NCBI GenBank assembly: GCA_043228905.1 | Contig: JBHGNT010000022.1 | Location: forward strand, 3,100,001 to 3,164,000 | Direction of reading: 5' to 3' | Length of the DNA: 64,000 nucleotides | Source: Azolla caroliniana | Lineage: Eukaryota; Plantae; Polypodiophyta | Shown: one piece after another, positions 14,187 through 28,056 of the stretch | How positions within the stretch are numbered: position 1 is the stretch's first letter | How the letters are laid out: each line of letters begins with the position of its first letter | Notes under the pieces: generated by a model | Databases searched by the model: none | Seen by the model: the letters and a program-made list of their open reading frames with translations, nothing else | What the model was told of the DNA's origin: nothing | Program-made: the position numbers and the translations under genes

Positions 14187-14662
14187 TCGGCAACGATTCG
14201 GCTTAACGGTTTAAACGGTTTGGTTTGGTTTGGGTTTAGGTTTTTTTTAACGGTCCGGTTTGGTTTGGTTTGGGTTCAGGTTTTTTTTAACGGTCCAGTT
14301 TGGTTTCAACTATTATAAACCGTAGTTTAAACGGTTTAATGATTTTTTATTATTTTAAAACAAATTTTTTTAAAATAAAATTGTTTTCAAACAATCTTTT
14401 CATTTTCATGCCTTATTCTCACATTTTAGGAAAATCTTTACAATTTTGAAAATTTAAATAATGAAATTTAAAAATTTAAAAAATTTAAAATTTTTGACCT
14501 AAGCTGAAAACCAAAACCGCGGTTTTACCGGTTTAATGGCTTAACGGTTTGATTTTTTTTAATGGTTTGGTTTAACGTTTTTGTGGTTTAGTTCAGTTCA
14601 GGTTTCAAAAAATTTAAACGGTTCGGTTTTGACCCTCTCGGACCGAACCGAACCGTTGCTGA
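14187..14662. mobile_element. MITE, hAT-like
   Basis: Imperfect TIR tcggcaacgattcgg / ccgaaccgttgctga; many AACGGTT subterminal repeats; AT-rich core; 8-bp TSD gtgttacg/ttgttatg (6/8 match). Confidence 0.65.
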
Positions 14663-14769
14663 TTGTTATGTGTGTGTGTGTGTGTGAGAGAGAGCGAGCG
14701 AGAGAGATAATTAGTATAATTGTGTGCTTTTATCGAGAGAGAGAGAGAGAGAGAGAAGAAAGAAAGATA

Positions 14770-16453
14770 TAACGTCTTCTAATGCTAAAATTTGGCCCAT
14801 GAGACAGAATACCCAATCATCAAAAATAAATAAAAAATAGATCTTAAGCTAAAAGAAGTCTCGTATTGTACAAAACGTGTTATGGTGTAACATATTCTAT
14901 AAAGGAAATGGCTTAATTTCATTTACATCCAAGTATCTTGAAGAGAAGCAGGAGGTCAAACAGTTTCGATGTGGGTGTGACCTGTTGTCCCGATGTAGAA
15001 GGTACCCCAACCATGACTTCCAGGCGGCATTTGGTTCTTCTTTGGTTTTCTACTTCAATAAGGAAGAGGCCGAGTGGTGCAAGTGTGTCCACATTCGTCG
15101 TCTCCCCCTGTCCTTGAAAAACTTCATTTGATACATGTTGGTGAATTATTAGAAACGTTATTGTCAAAATTTTGTAGTTTATTCTCTCTATGTTGTTTTA
15201 GCTCTAAGATATATATGCCTAATTTCTTTATATCTAGAGTATCTAATAGTTTGGGGAGGGCGGGAAGGGTCTGAGTATGTCTCGGTATTTTGCAATTCTC
15301 TTGGCGTAAGTTGGACACTTGCATGTAAAGTGGTACTCATCCTTTATCTCTATGTGACATAATCTACATATCCTTTCCTCTCTAGACTACAAGTTGAAAA
15401 AGTGCTTCTACTAACATCGGGGGTAAAGTGAACTCAGCTCTAATAATGACATGTGGTATTGTCGATTTGCTTCGGAGTTGACGTGATAATATTGTCACCA
15501 ATTGTCTCTTCAATTGCGTCCACATGAAAGATGGTAGCCCGGGAGCCCAAACCACTTATGCATACATGAGGGAAGGGGTCAAAATGAGTTAAAGAGCCAA
15601 CCCTTAGTCAATGGCTCTTGAAAGTATGCATGGTGGCATTGTCTCTCTAAGAGTGAGAGGGATGCATATCCTCTTGTAAGTCTATCCTTCGCTGCTTGTG
15701 TCATCGAAAATTTACCTGAGCGGGCACTGAAAGTGACTCCAACATATAAATATGATCCAATTACCTCAATTGGTCTATGGGAGAAGGTTAGGTGGCACTT
15801 AGGTCTAACTTGAGCTGATGTGGGGAAGATAAGGACTTTAGTTTTCCCTAGATTCACTATCAATCCTCGTTGTGTGAAAAAGTCAACTGAGGCATTAAGG
15901 TGCCTTTTGTAGGTTGTGTTCGGACTTAGAGAGCAAAACTATGTCGTCTGCATAAAGCAAGATACGAACCTGTGTACCCCCCATTACTACTTTGTTGCCT
16001 CCCTTACGAGCAATAAAATTTGTGATCTTATCAATGTAGATCCCAAAAAGAGTCGGTGATAGAGGGCAACCTTGTTTTACACCAATAATGCTAGTGAAGC
16101 AATTGGATAGGCCACTTGGGCATTGTATGCACTCGGAGACTTGCTCATATAGTGCGTAGATGGCCTAAATCATGTCATCTGGTATCTTCAAGGTCTTAAA
16201 CCTATCAAACAACTGCGCTCAAGGGATTGTGTCAAAGGCTTTGCGGAAGTCTGCAAAACAAGAATATAATTTCTTCTGGAGAGCCTTTGTCTGGTCAATT
16301 AAGCATCTAAGCGTGTGAAGATATGGTCAATAGTAGAGAAGGCTCATCTAAAGCCAACATGTTCAGGTGCTCGAAGACTTAAGGTCTTCATATAATCGCT
16401 AAGCTCTGCTTCCATTACTGCACCATATAGGTTAGTGAGGGTATGACCTATCC
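14770..16453 (-). mobile_element. 5'-truncated non-L1 LINE (RT and 3' end)
   Basis: Minus-strand motifs GVKQGCPLSPTLFGIYID, LLYADDIV, IVNLGKTKVLIF. It ends at the same motif-plus-(GA)n junction as the element at 5887. Confidence 0.8.
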
Positions 16454-16458
16454 ATGGT

Positions 16459-17306
16459 TGTTTACGTACCCGTATTTAACGTTTAAATACATATAGTACC
16501 TCATCATTTGTATAGTACGTACTATACCTCAATGTTGTTCAGTCAAATATCATGTACATTTGTCCAATACGGTGTTGTAGTGTGAATTACACACTACGTG
16601 AAATATGTAAAACACTATATTCGATTTAGAGTACGTATAATAAATAAATAAAAATAAAATATTAAAAATATTTATTACGTGCATAAGGCAAGATTCAAAT
16701 CCTATACCTCCATGTAAACAAACCCCAACCTTACCATTATACTAACTTATCCTAAGTGTTCTAAATATAGATTTAATACGTATAAGAACTTTATTTACGC
16801 TTACCTTTATTAAAAGGTAAGTCATGCATTTTTTAGAATACGTGAATACTTTATTTATAAGAAAAATGTACACCAATAAAAAATGACGCGTGCACATTTC
16901 GTGAGCATGAGCAGTATATTTAGGAAATAAAAGCATAGTGTAAAAAGGCAACTCATGCACATTTAGTGTGCATGAACACTTTAGAAAAAGCATGAAGCTA
17001 TGCTTAGCCTCTTCCATCCTTATATAAGGAGGAGAGAAAGATGTATGGGGGGTTGTTGCTTATTTTACAAGGGTGGATTAATATAATATAATTGTGGGAT
17101 TCACGAATTTGCTAACTATTTTTTCTCTCTTAATATGAGTACTCACTAATACACTATACTTGTGGGATTCACGAGTTTTTCATATCTTTCTTTCTTACAA
17201 CATATTTCATATTCTTCATTGCCTTAGAATTTCCTTTTCTCCTAGTCCAAAACCTCAGTGGTCCCCGCCCGACTCACGTAACGATCCGGAGCCGAAAGGC
17301 ACAACA
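16459..17306 (+). mobile_element. Gypsy solo LTR related to the LTRs at 46565 and 51504
   Basis: TG...CA ends; TSD ATGGT at 16454-16458 and 17307-17311; shares the 3' end cgactcacg.aacgatccggagccgaaaggcac.aca. Confidence 0.85.
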
Positions 17307-17649
17307 ATGGTATTTAACGTATTTTATAAATATTAACGTATTTAACAGGTATAATACATATTTATAAAGAAAATGTAAGTAAAACCCTAACAAAAAGCAA
17401 AAGAAAAAAAAGATTTTAGTGAAAAAGAAGCCAAAGGAAGGAAGAAAGAAGAATAGAAGAGACGACGATGAAGAAGAAGAAGAGAGAAAAGAAGACATAA
17501 ACCTGTCCCGAGTGTGATAATCACAGTAGATAGAAGAAGAAGAAGAAAACGAAGAAAAGAGAAACCTATCATGAGTGTGATAATCGTAGAGATTCCTCAA
17601 TCTATGAAGGCATAATTGTAAATAATTACAATTTGAAGTAGAACATCGT

Positions 17650-18737
17650 TGTCGCGAAAATATGACGAGGATACGTGAACGTTGAGGCAAGACCCCGGGG
17701 CCTTTGACTAGAGGATATCAAATTCGTGTATTTATGTACTAAGAATTAACCGAAATGAGAAAGATTAACAAATTTCATTAACAAGTAGAAAGAAAGATTA
17801 CATTTAATCCCAAGACTGAGATTACAAAAGTTTGCTAATGGAGATAGCTAGAGTAATAGATTAGAAGAAATTAAGATATGGATTCCATAGAGATTTAGGG
17901 TTCTTGGCTTTGATAAGAGATTATGGTTATATGAGTATTATGGTTTCCGTAGGGAAGATTAGGGGTTTTGAGTGTTATGGCTTCCGTAGGGAAGATTAGG
18001 ATTAGGTTATATGAGTATTTTGGCTTCCGTAGGGAAGATTAGGGTTTATGAGATATATGGCTTCGATAAGATAAGAGAACCCTAGAAGGAAAAGAAAAAC
18101 CATGGAGAGAGGATCTGAGTATAGGAAAAAAAATGGAATATATATATGGAGTTCTCCCTTGATCATCTACATGTCCACTTTTTGTTGCATGGCCTCTACT
18201 TTTAGTTTCTTAGCTTTCTCTTTTAGTTGCATGCGACCGTCCACATGATCTTTACTTTTTGCATGCACTCCAACTTTAGTTGCTTGCGTCCACATGGCCT
18301 TTACTTTAATTCTCTTCACTTTACTTTAGTTTGTTGCATGATCCAATCTTCCGTTCATCCGCGTCCAACCTCGTCCGATAGCCGGTTCCGCCCGATCGCC
18401 GAATCCCTCGCCGTCCGGTTCCCATTTTGCTTGCCAGCCGGTTCCGGTTCCGGTTTTGCTTGCCGGCCAACCGGAACCGGCAAGCAAACCGGAACCGGAA
18501 CCAGCCGGCAAGCAAAACCAGAATCCGGAAACCGGCCGGTAAGCAAAACCAGAATTCGGAAACCGGCCGGTAAGCAAAACTGCAACCGACAAGCAAACTG
18601 GAACCGGAACCGGTCGGATCGGTCTTTTGCCAGAGTGATTCGGCGGATCGTGGAGGAGTCACTTCGGATACCCGGACGAAGGAAGCAGTTTGAGCAGTTT
18701 GTGGGACGCAGAATCCATCCTATAGACCCTTGCGACG
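17650..18737 (-). mobile_element. Probable LTR in reverse orientation with internal short tandem repeats
   Basis: tgtcgcgaa...ttgcgacg termini; reverse-strand TATA about 18140; repeats ttccgtagggaagattagg (x3) and aaccggaaccggcaagc; no TSD found. Confidence 0.5.
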
Positions 18738-18749
18738 GGGGAGAGAGAT

Positions 18750-21700
18750 TTGGGAGCATTCTCGGCTATTGAATCAGTTTCGGATGGGGAGCACAGTGAT
18801 CAGTCCAATTATCGGAGCAGTCACGACACCCCGGAAAGCCCGGAAGATGACGGTTCGGAAAACATACCGACGCCAGAATTGGAAACGACAAAACCGGCAT
18901 CCCCGATTAACGAAACAGGGTCAGACGAGCAAGTACCGATACCACCACACAACCAAGTGGAGACTCAGGAGGAACGAGCTCCGATACTAGCTCCCGAGTC
19001 ACCAAAGAAATAGGAGGAGCGGGTACCGACACCACCTCCGGCAGACCTGATAGACGACAACACCATGTCGTACCAGTATTCGAAATATCGGGATGACCCG
19101 GACGTGGAAGCCCACATATACGCCTTCCTCCAAACATGGGAGGTGAACCAGGTGTCCCAATGACTGAATGAAGCAGAGGCCGAGCGGTCAAAGATAGTGG
19201 AATTCGGCATGACCTTCGAGGAACCGGCGGCACGATGGCACTCTAAGCACCTCCCCGACAGTATTGACACATTTGAAGAGTTAAAGAGAAGGTTTCTACG
19301 ATTCTTCCATAGGCAGGTGGATCAAAAGGAAATTGTTGGACAATTCTATACGACACAATAGGACCCAACAGAAACCATTCAACAGTTCATCATACGGTTC
19401 CGGGAAATGCATAATCAACTCACTAGAGCACCGCCAGAAGAAGAAGCAAAAGCGGTCTTTTTGGTGGCGCTCTGGGAACTCCGAACAGTGTGTGCAGTCA
19501 TAGATTTTCGGACCAACACAATAGACCAGGTCATTGATCGGGTCATGGACATGGACAAGAATAGTTCTTGGCTGACAATGGGGGCACTCCCTACCGAAGA
19601 GGACCTACGGTTTCTCCAGGCGGTCCAATGCACGAGGTGCCTTAATTTCGGGCACTCAACGGTAGAATGCACAATGAGATCACAATGCATGCTATGCCAT
19701 TCCCGGTCATACACAATGGACCGCTGTGAATAAAATCTGCTAAACCGGCAGGTGACACTAGTCCGACTTATTGAACCCCAGACCGATCGACAAGACGAAG
19801 AAGAACGGTTCCGGCGAGACAATTGTTACAGACCGATCCAAGACGTCTAATACGAAGATAGACGGGACGAGTATGATCGGAACTTTAATGATAGAGGCTG
19901 GGACTATAATTGGGATCGATATGATCGTGATTACTCCCTTGGCCATAATCGGAGGAGGGATGACCAACGAGGAGACTATGTAGATTCGGATAAGCGCCGA
20001 CAGGGATATTGGAACAACCGACGCTACAATAAAAAATGGAATGCTCAAAGAGAGGAGCATCGGGAATCGGCAAAGGATTATCAACGGGAGCTAGACAGAA
20101 AAATCACGGGTATTCAATCGGAGCAATGAAGATTAGAGGAGCCCAACTGGGCAATATTCGGTTTTCAGCCGGGTAACACGGCAAAAGCAAAGACTAGTAA
20201 TACATGGAAAATGTATTGCTATTATTGTAGGCAAGACGGACACTACAACAACTAGTGTCCGGTCAAGACCAACGAGAAACAACCGGCAATTAATATGGTG
20301 ATTGCAGAGGTGGCCGACATTCAACAGGTCACCACTCGGTCAAAAGGAAAGATGGCCGAATGGGTGACTCAGGAAGCAATTTGAAAGCAAGCCACGGAAT
20401 GGATAGAAAAGGCAAACGAATGGAACGTCACCGAAGTATGTGAACAAATGAAGCTTCTAGAGGAAACAATAGGGACCACGAACGAAAACCCCATGTGGTA
20501 GGCATTACAGGACTGCTAGATTATGCTGCCACTGGGCCGTCTTATACAATTAGTGCCCCGATTCACTGACAACCTAAAATCGACATTGGCACCACAAAAC
20601 TCCGAGTCCGCTCAAGTCTTCTTTTCTAATCCGAAAGAAGGACCAGCAGTGGGGGACACCAGCAGCTCGACAATCACAGCCATCGTCAAGGGACGTGGGG
20701 TACCCGGAACAATCATCGATGGTGGATCGGGGGTGAATGTCATTAGCCAGCGAACATGCGATACATTGGGAATACAAGAATGGGAGCCATGCCCGTTCTG
20801 GCTCCGGATGGCAGATACTAGTTCGGTCCGATCAGCCAGATTAATTCGGGATTTGGAAGTCACAATAGGAGGAGATACATTCCGAATTTCCGCGGTGGGT
20901 CTACGGTTGAACACACAAGGAGCATATCCTTTGTTGCTGGGACGACCATGGCTATGAACAACGCATATAAAACAGAACTGGTAGAAAAACATTATTACAT
21001 TTCGGAGAGGGAAAGCCAAGGTGCGAGTGCCGACACAACCCCGCGTAGGCGCAAGCAAGGACGTAACGCCATTGTATGCTGAAAGCATTAACATGTTGGA
21101 TGGGCTAGCTGACGAAGAGGTAGATCGATACCTCAACGATCACCCAAAGATAGTCCCGTTGTTCGAAGTGGATGTTGCCAAAGCAGTCACTCCGTATATC
21201 GTGCAACCGGAAGAAGTCGGTAAGGAGCCGGATTGGGACACCATCCGGGAATTATGTCAGGCCCAAGAAGCCCTGGACCGGGAAATGGTAGTATCACAAC
21301 AAGTAAAAGCGTCGTAGTTGGAGGAAGTAAACCTAGGAACCGGGGAAGAGTCCAAACTGGTAAATGTGGCAAAAGAAATGCCATCGGCAGAAAAATCGGC
21401 AATCGTGGCGCTACTAAAAGAATTCCGGGACGTATTCACATGGTCGTACGAAGACATGAGAGGATTCGACCCCCAACTATATCAACACTAGATCCACTTG
21501 AGCAAGGACGCAAAACCGGTAGCACAGAGACGATACCGTATGAATCTGAATTATGCGGCCAAAGTAAAGGAAGAAATCGACAAATCTTCGAGTCGGCTTT
21601 ATCCGGTTGGTGAAGTAGGCAACATGGCTAAGCCTGATTGTGGTAGTTCCCAAGAAGAATGACAAAATTCACGTATGTGTGGATTACCGGAAATTAAATG

Positions 21701-22449
21701 CCACAACAGTCACAGACGCGTTTCCACTCCCATTTATGGATGGAGTCCTGGACGTAGTAGCCGGGCATGAGGTATATAGCTTTGTCGACGGATTTAGTAG
21801 ATACAACCAAATTCAGATGCGATTGGAAGACCAGGAGAAGACAACATTCATTACGGAATGGAGAGTCTTCTTCGTGGTAGTAATGATGTTTTAGCGGATC
21901 ATTATGGAGATATTTGGAGAGTTCATCCCGGTGTTCATGCAGGTGTTCCTAGATGATTTTGTGGTATACAGCCGAAAAGGGGAACACCTAGAACATCTTT
22001 GATTATGTTTAGAGAAGTGCCGGGGGTACCGGTTGAGCCTGAACCCGGGGAAATGTGTGTTCGGCGTGATGAGTGGAACATTATTAGGACATATTGTGAG
22101 CAAAGATGGCATTGCGGTCGATCAGGATAAAGTAAAAGCAATTTTGGGAGCACCACCGCCGGCAAATGCCAAAGCACTAAGCCGGTTTTTAGGCCAGATC
22201 CGGTGGCACAATTCTGACACCCCTACATACGGCCCGTACACCGAATCCCATTCCAATGGACAGAGCCGGAGGACAGGGCATACCACGCGCTGAAAGTGAG
22301 CTGTCACAGGCACCGATGGTACAACCTCCAGATTGGACTAAGGAATTTCATGTGTTTGTGGATGCATCCGACATCGCCATTGGCAATGTTCTCATGCAGC
22401 TCACCCAACCACGGTGGTACCGGCCAATTTATTATACCAGTAGGAAGCT
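18750..22449 (+). mobile_element. Degenerate Gypsy gag-PR-RT-RNaseH, truncated in RNase H
   Basis: CTRCLNFGHSTVEC knuckle, IIDGGSGVNVI protease, VVPKKND..CVDYRKLN, FLDD, FVDASDIAIG; many stops. Confidence 0.9.
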
Positions 22450-22772
22450 CCTTCGACATAACTCCAGTAGCCATGGCCAAGCAGGTACTGGTGCATCTTG
22501 TGCGACCAAGACGCGTAGTTGCTCTTGTTGAGCTTCTCAATCGGTAGCGAGCTACCCATACCTTTGTCCATATTGCCGTCTTTTTCTTTTCCGAACAAAA
22601 ACGAAGAACAACTTCAACTCTGTTTTGTCACAACCTTTTCTTGTCGGCTATAGAGGACTTCAACCCTCGCGCTCTGATACCATGTAAAAGAATAGCGTGT
22701 GCGGAAGCATATGCGGAACACAGAGTACACAGTTTGGAGGAATAAGACAGTTCGGTAAAACACAAAAAACGC

Positions 22773-25700
22773 TCTCGTCAAGATTTCTGGCTATAGTGTG
22801 AAACCGGGGTGGAATAGGGCTAGTCGGTGGTGTGCAACATGTGCACATGTGTAGTAGGGAAATGGTGTCGTGAAGATCCGTCACTATGTGCGGATCGTGA
22901 GCCGAAACCGCTGGGGTTTTGGACCCGAAGGACTCGAAGTACGCACTAGCTTTAGCGAGAAAGGATTTAAGATAGATTGAGAGAGAGAGATTGAGATAAG
23001 ATATAACGCTTGACTTTAGATTGAGAGAGATTTAGATTGAACTCTTGACTTTAGATTAGAAGAACAAGATTGAAACATCAATTGGATATCGAATTTCTTA
23101 CTTTTAATTTCTTGATTAATACATCAATTGGATAACGAATTTTCTTCTTAATATTAATTTTGATATAAAGTACAAAGCTTCTTTGATAAAAAAAATCCCC
23201 CTTTTGCTTGATTCCTTCACTCTTTTATAGATGCCCCCATGCATATGGTGCATGTGAGGGTGCAAGACATGCACGGAATGCATGCAATGCACGCAATGCA
23301 TGCTTGCCATGTCATCATCTAAGCTCTCACACATGAGAATTTACATGTAAAGCTATAATGATAAAAATATAATCTTTAAAGAAATGGTTTGGCTTAATGG
23401 TAAGCCTATTGCTTCCTATCTTGGAGGTTTTAAGTTTGAGTCTTGCTTACATCTTTTTATTTTATGCACAAAATACTATTAGGCTTTTGGACCAAATATC
23501 TTTAAGACACCATGCACCGCGATCAAACGACCTGACCGATCCGTTTGATTTGCATCTGTTTGGTCCAGCCCAGTCCGCATCCCGAGTCGCTTGCCCGTCG
23601 CCGGCTCACCGGTTGCCGCCGACTCACCGGCTGCCGCCGACTCACCGGCTCCGTCGCCAGTTGCCACCGGTTTTGCATCCGTTTGGTCCGGCCCAATCCG
23701 CATCCCGAGTCGCTTGCTTGTCGCCGGCTCACCAGCTCAGTCCTCGACCCCGTCACCGGTTGCCGCCAGTTTTGGTTGGCCAAAAACTTTTACAAGTAGC
23801 TAGGCCACACCCACTCATTAGCTTAGTTCAAGTCATCTTGAACTCTCTATGCTCCACACATAGACACAAAGATAATAGCTTTTGCTCGTTGAGGTTGGAG
23901 TTCTTCTGTCGGGTTGTCTCCGTCCCCATTCACGCGGAAGTGAAGGAGCTCCGAGAAGCTCATAGTTCGTGGGAGGCCTTCGAAGAGGTGCTCTTGCAGG
24001 CACATGGAGGACGGCGGAAGAGCCGGGGATGACATGGCTTCAACCAGTGGGTGGCATCGGCGAAGACCCACCGGGGCGCAACAAAGGCGTTTCGAGAGTT
24101 CAAGCGACGACTTGCTTGGCTCCCGGAGCGGGACCAAGGTTTGGTGGGGGCAGACAAAGTCCTGTTGTTTGTTAGGTCAATCGACCGAGCGGAACGAGAG
24201 GCCATCAAGATTGAGCTCGAAGATGATGACGGAGCGAATGGCCTTACGGAGGACTGGTCGAAGGTCGGAAGTGTACGCCAACGACTAGATGACGAACGGG
24301 CCAAGAAGGCTAGTAGGAAGGCGCGCGACGGCGCGCCATCACAGTGGGAAGAGGTCGAATGGCAAAGAGAGTCGGCAAGGCTCGGCTTCAGGGCCAGGAT
24401 TGCGAAGGCGTACGTAGCTCTCGAGGCAATGCTCGAGGAAGAGGAAAGAACGAGGTCGCAAGCCGACGCCGAGGAGACGGATTTGCCCCACGAGATGGCA
24501 GAAGATCGATACGACGGTACCACGGGAGAGGGTGTGGAACAAAACGCCCTCTCAGCTTGCAGAGACGGAACGACCGAGGACAAGGCCGAGGTACCAATCG
24601 CAGAATTGGAATGTTGGGACCGGCGGTTTCGGGCACGTTAGCCCGAAACTTCGGACATTGGAGAAGCAAGCCCAGGCAGGGCTTGCGCGATCGGTAAGAA
24701 GACGACCACCGACCACGAGGAGCCGGTGGCTACGGACAAGGGCGTAAATAGGACGGGAGATTCTACACATCTTCCCACACTTGCTCCCGGGCCCGAGTGC
24801 CCACGTGAGTCCCAAGAGGAGGAAGGTGGTGGCGTGAGACCGAGAATCACCGATGAGACCATATGGGGAAGGAACGGACAAGAGCCCTCGGGACCGATTC
24901 CGGAGAACTCGGCATTCGGGCCCTTACGCCCATGTGAGACCGAGGAGATGGATGATGGTATCGAGGAGTCCTGGCACGATGCTAGCGAAGATGGATGGGA
25001 AATGGCCCGCGAAAAGGTTGACGAAGAGACCATGAAATGACCTGACCAGGGACCGAACTGCGCGGCACTCCGATTCGGGTGGGGTGCGATCTGGTCGTGG
25101 ATTGTTCGACCAGGGCCATAATCAGCATGAGGGTGCTGATACGGGAGAGGGTGTAGAACGAGCCGCCCTCTTTTACATGGGGAGAGAGACTGACCAAGAG
25201 AAGGTCGGGCATCGAAAGGAAGGTGATTAAGGGTTTAGAATGAATCTAGCGGGATCGACATCGGAGCCGAAACCCCGAACATTGGAGAATCAAGCCTAGG
25301 TGGGCTTGTTTGATCACAGAGTGGATGCTATCCACTGACACCACTAAAAGGGTCGGTGGCCTGGGACGAGTCACCGAAAGATGTTACGAAATCGGCTACT
25401 CCACATCTTGACCGAAGACTTCGGCAGTTCAAGCCAGTAAGGCAACCTAAGTCCGAAAGAGAAGGGAGATGGTAGGGAAGCGCAAGGAAGGGATCAACGG
25501 CGACGGGGAGAGATGGAAGCAGAGAGCGAAAGAATGGTCCTATGGGTCACCTCACACCGGGCTAGAGACTTCGGCGGTCGGCATCGGATTCGACGTAAGA
25601 CCAAGATACTGACGGTGGCGGCAGGAGAATGGGACCCGACAATGCGAAGTGACGGACGAACCCGGACGAGAACGGGGTGGAGCGGACTTCCGGATAACCG

Positions 25701-27856
25701 ATCTGAAAGGGAGGAAGAGGCAGGCCTACGGGGAGGCCAGGAACACGGTACAACGGTACCATGGGGGAGGGTGTGGAGCAAGCCACCCTCTCGGCATGCA
25801 GAGAAGGACGATCCGGGAAAGGGTCGGGAAGACGAGAGGCCCAAGGAGGATCCTTCACACTGGGCTAGAGAGTTTGGCGGTCGGCATCGGATCCGACGTA
25901 AGACCAAGATATTGACGGTGGTGGCGAGGGGACGAGGGCAAAGGAAGTGCGGAAGACCGGTCCTATGGGATCCTCACACCAATCCAGAGACACTGGCAGT
26001 TCAAGCCGACGTGGCAACGTGAGACCGAGTGTGAAGGATGGTGGCGGCAGGAAACGGGAACCGGCTATGGCGGAAGTTCAGAAGACCGGTCCTATGGGAT
26101 CCTCACACCAATCCAAAGACACCGGCAGTTCAAACCGACGTGGCAACGTGAGACCGAGTGTGAAGGACGGTGGCAGCAGGAAATGGGAAATGACTACGAC
26201 GGAAGTACAGAAGACCGGTCCTATGGGATCCTCACACCAATCCGGAGACACTGGCAGTTCAAGCCGACGTGGCAACGTGAGAAGGATGGTGGCGGCGGGA
26301 AACGGGAACCGACGATATAGGAAGAGCGGACCGGGAGCCGGCAAGGCCGGAGTTGACGGGGGCCGAACCCTTACCGGCCTGTTACGATTTCAGAAGGAAG
26401 CCGGTAAGGGGTATGCACGGAGCGGATTGAGAGACGTGCATGTGGTCATTAGAGGCCGGTTTGAAGCACGAGTATGGGATGGTGTTCAGCACGGGCGATG
26501 CCGAACAAGGACGGCGGAAGACGGCACACGAAGGTGCCAAAAGGGAGTATAAGCGCGAAGGATGGTTGCCGGTTCAGGTGATCTCGAACGGAAGGCCGGA
26601 GAGGGATCCTCCACACTGGTTCTGGAGACCTTGGCAGTTCGAGCCGACATGGAAACATAAGCCCAAGGAGACGGTAGGTGGCGGCGAGGGAACGAAGGCG
26701 ATAGGCAACAACACGGGACGGTAACCGGGACGACGCGAAGGGCACCGACATGGAGGTCTGGGTGACGGCTTGCTCTACCGTGAAAGAGCACGACAAGCAA
26801 GGGAAAAACATGGAGCGCGTAAACGGGTCACCTAAGGGCCAAAGAACGAGCATGTATTCAGAGAACAACGATGACACCCGGAAAGAGCCTACGAGAGGTG
26901 AGCGCAGAATGAAGGGATTTGGAGATGGAACAAATGCGGTATGCGAGGAGCGGCATCTGGCGAGCAATCGAAGTAACCGGGGGTCTAACCGGAGGACATG
27001 CACGACGAGCGAAGGAAGAGAGACCGGATCGGCAACGGTGTTCGGGAGGGCCGGTTGAAAAAGAAGGTGCGTGCGGCAGATGTGGTGGATCGGATGGAGC
27101 CGACAGGTCGGGGCCGGTAAGGAGCCGACAAGACGGATCGGCACCGGCAAGGAACCGGCAAGACGGTCAGGTGCTGGGAAGGTGAAGAACCCAGTTGATC
27201 ACTGTCGCCGAAATCTCTCACCCTTTTTCCCTTTCTTGGCACATATCGGTGGATGTGCGGTTTGGTGGGGGTGGATGTCGTGAAGATTTCCGGCTATAGT
27301 GTGAAACCGGGGTGGAATAGGGCAAGTCGGTGGTGTGCAACATGTGCACATGTATAGTAGGGAAACGGTGTATAGAATAAAGGGGAGTATTGATCCCACA
27401 TTGTAACGTCTCTCCCTCCTTGGGCTATAAAAGAAAGGGAGGGGTCTCTTGTAAGGGGTTGCCCCTTTTGAGTTAGGAGGGTATACCGTTAGATTTAGGG
27501 TTAGGTAGTTTCCCTTTTTCTTACTTTGTTCTAGGGTTTCATCTAGGTAGTTTTCTTCTTCTTCGTTGTCGTGCGGGGGGAGAGTTCATGTCTGTTCAGG
27601 GTTTGCTTCTGCTCGGTCTCCTGTGCAAGACCCCGCTCGGCGCAACGAGCCCGAGAGCTCCCCGATCGACGGCTTGGCAACAGACTGTTGTTGTAACCTA
27701 CCCTACCCTGGTCCGGCTCGAAGCTGGGGTTGTATCTTTCCCCTTGTAATATATATAATCATATTTGTTTGTGTATATTGGTGTATTTGGTGGTGTCGAG
27801 AGCATATCCCCTTGTTTCCTGTGCATAAGAGTCGGTGTCGCGCGCATGCTTTCCCC

Positions 27857-27943
<87 letters not shown>

Positions 27944-28056
27944 TTCGGTTGCCTCTGGGTCGTGTCCGAAGTCGGTTTTCTTGGTGTCTCGTTCTCCCTC
28001 GTCCGAAACCCCCATGGTCCCGCCCCTTTTCCACGCACGCACGTAAAAACGTGACA
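22773..28056 (+). mobile_element. Non-autonomous gag-only Gypsy-type element (3' LTR 27276-28056; 5' LTR disrupted)
   Basis: 22773-22865 matches the start of the LTR at 27276; 4-bp TSD ACGC; gag homology about 23885-24300 to the gag at 47349; no pol motifs; PPT before 27276. Confidence 0.75.
22866..23880 (-). mobile_element. Probable reverse-orientation LTR inserted in the gag-only element
   Basis: Starts tgtcgtgaagat; reverse TATAAAAG about 23225; ccggttgccgccgactca repeats; right boundary uncertain. Confidence 0.5.

Noticed and set aside
6315-16453. EN (6.3-7 kb) and RT (15.5-16.4 kb) as one split LINE
   Set aside because: The domain order is wrong for the minus strand; these are two separate copies.
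17307-17315. tggtat as a PBS after the LTR at 16459
   Set aside because: The match stops after 6 nt and ATGGT is explained as the TSD.
24344-27283. Many overlapping ORFs as novel genes
   Set aside because: GC-rich repetitive retroelement interior; no motifs, and ORFs are open in several frames.
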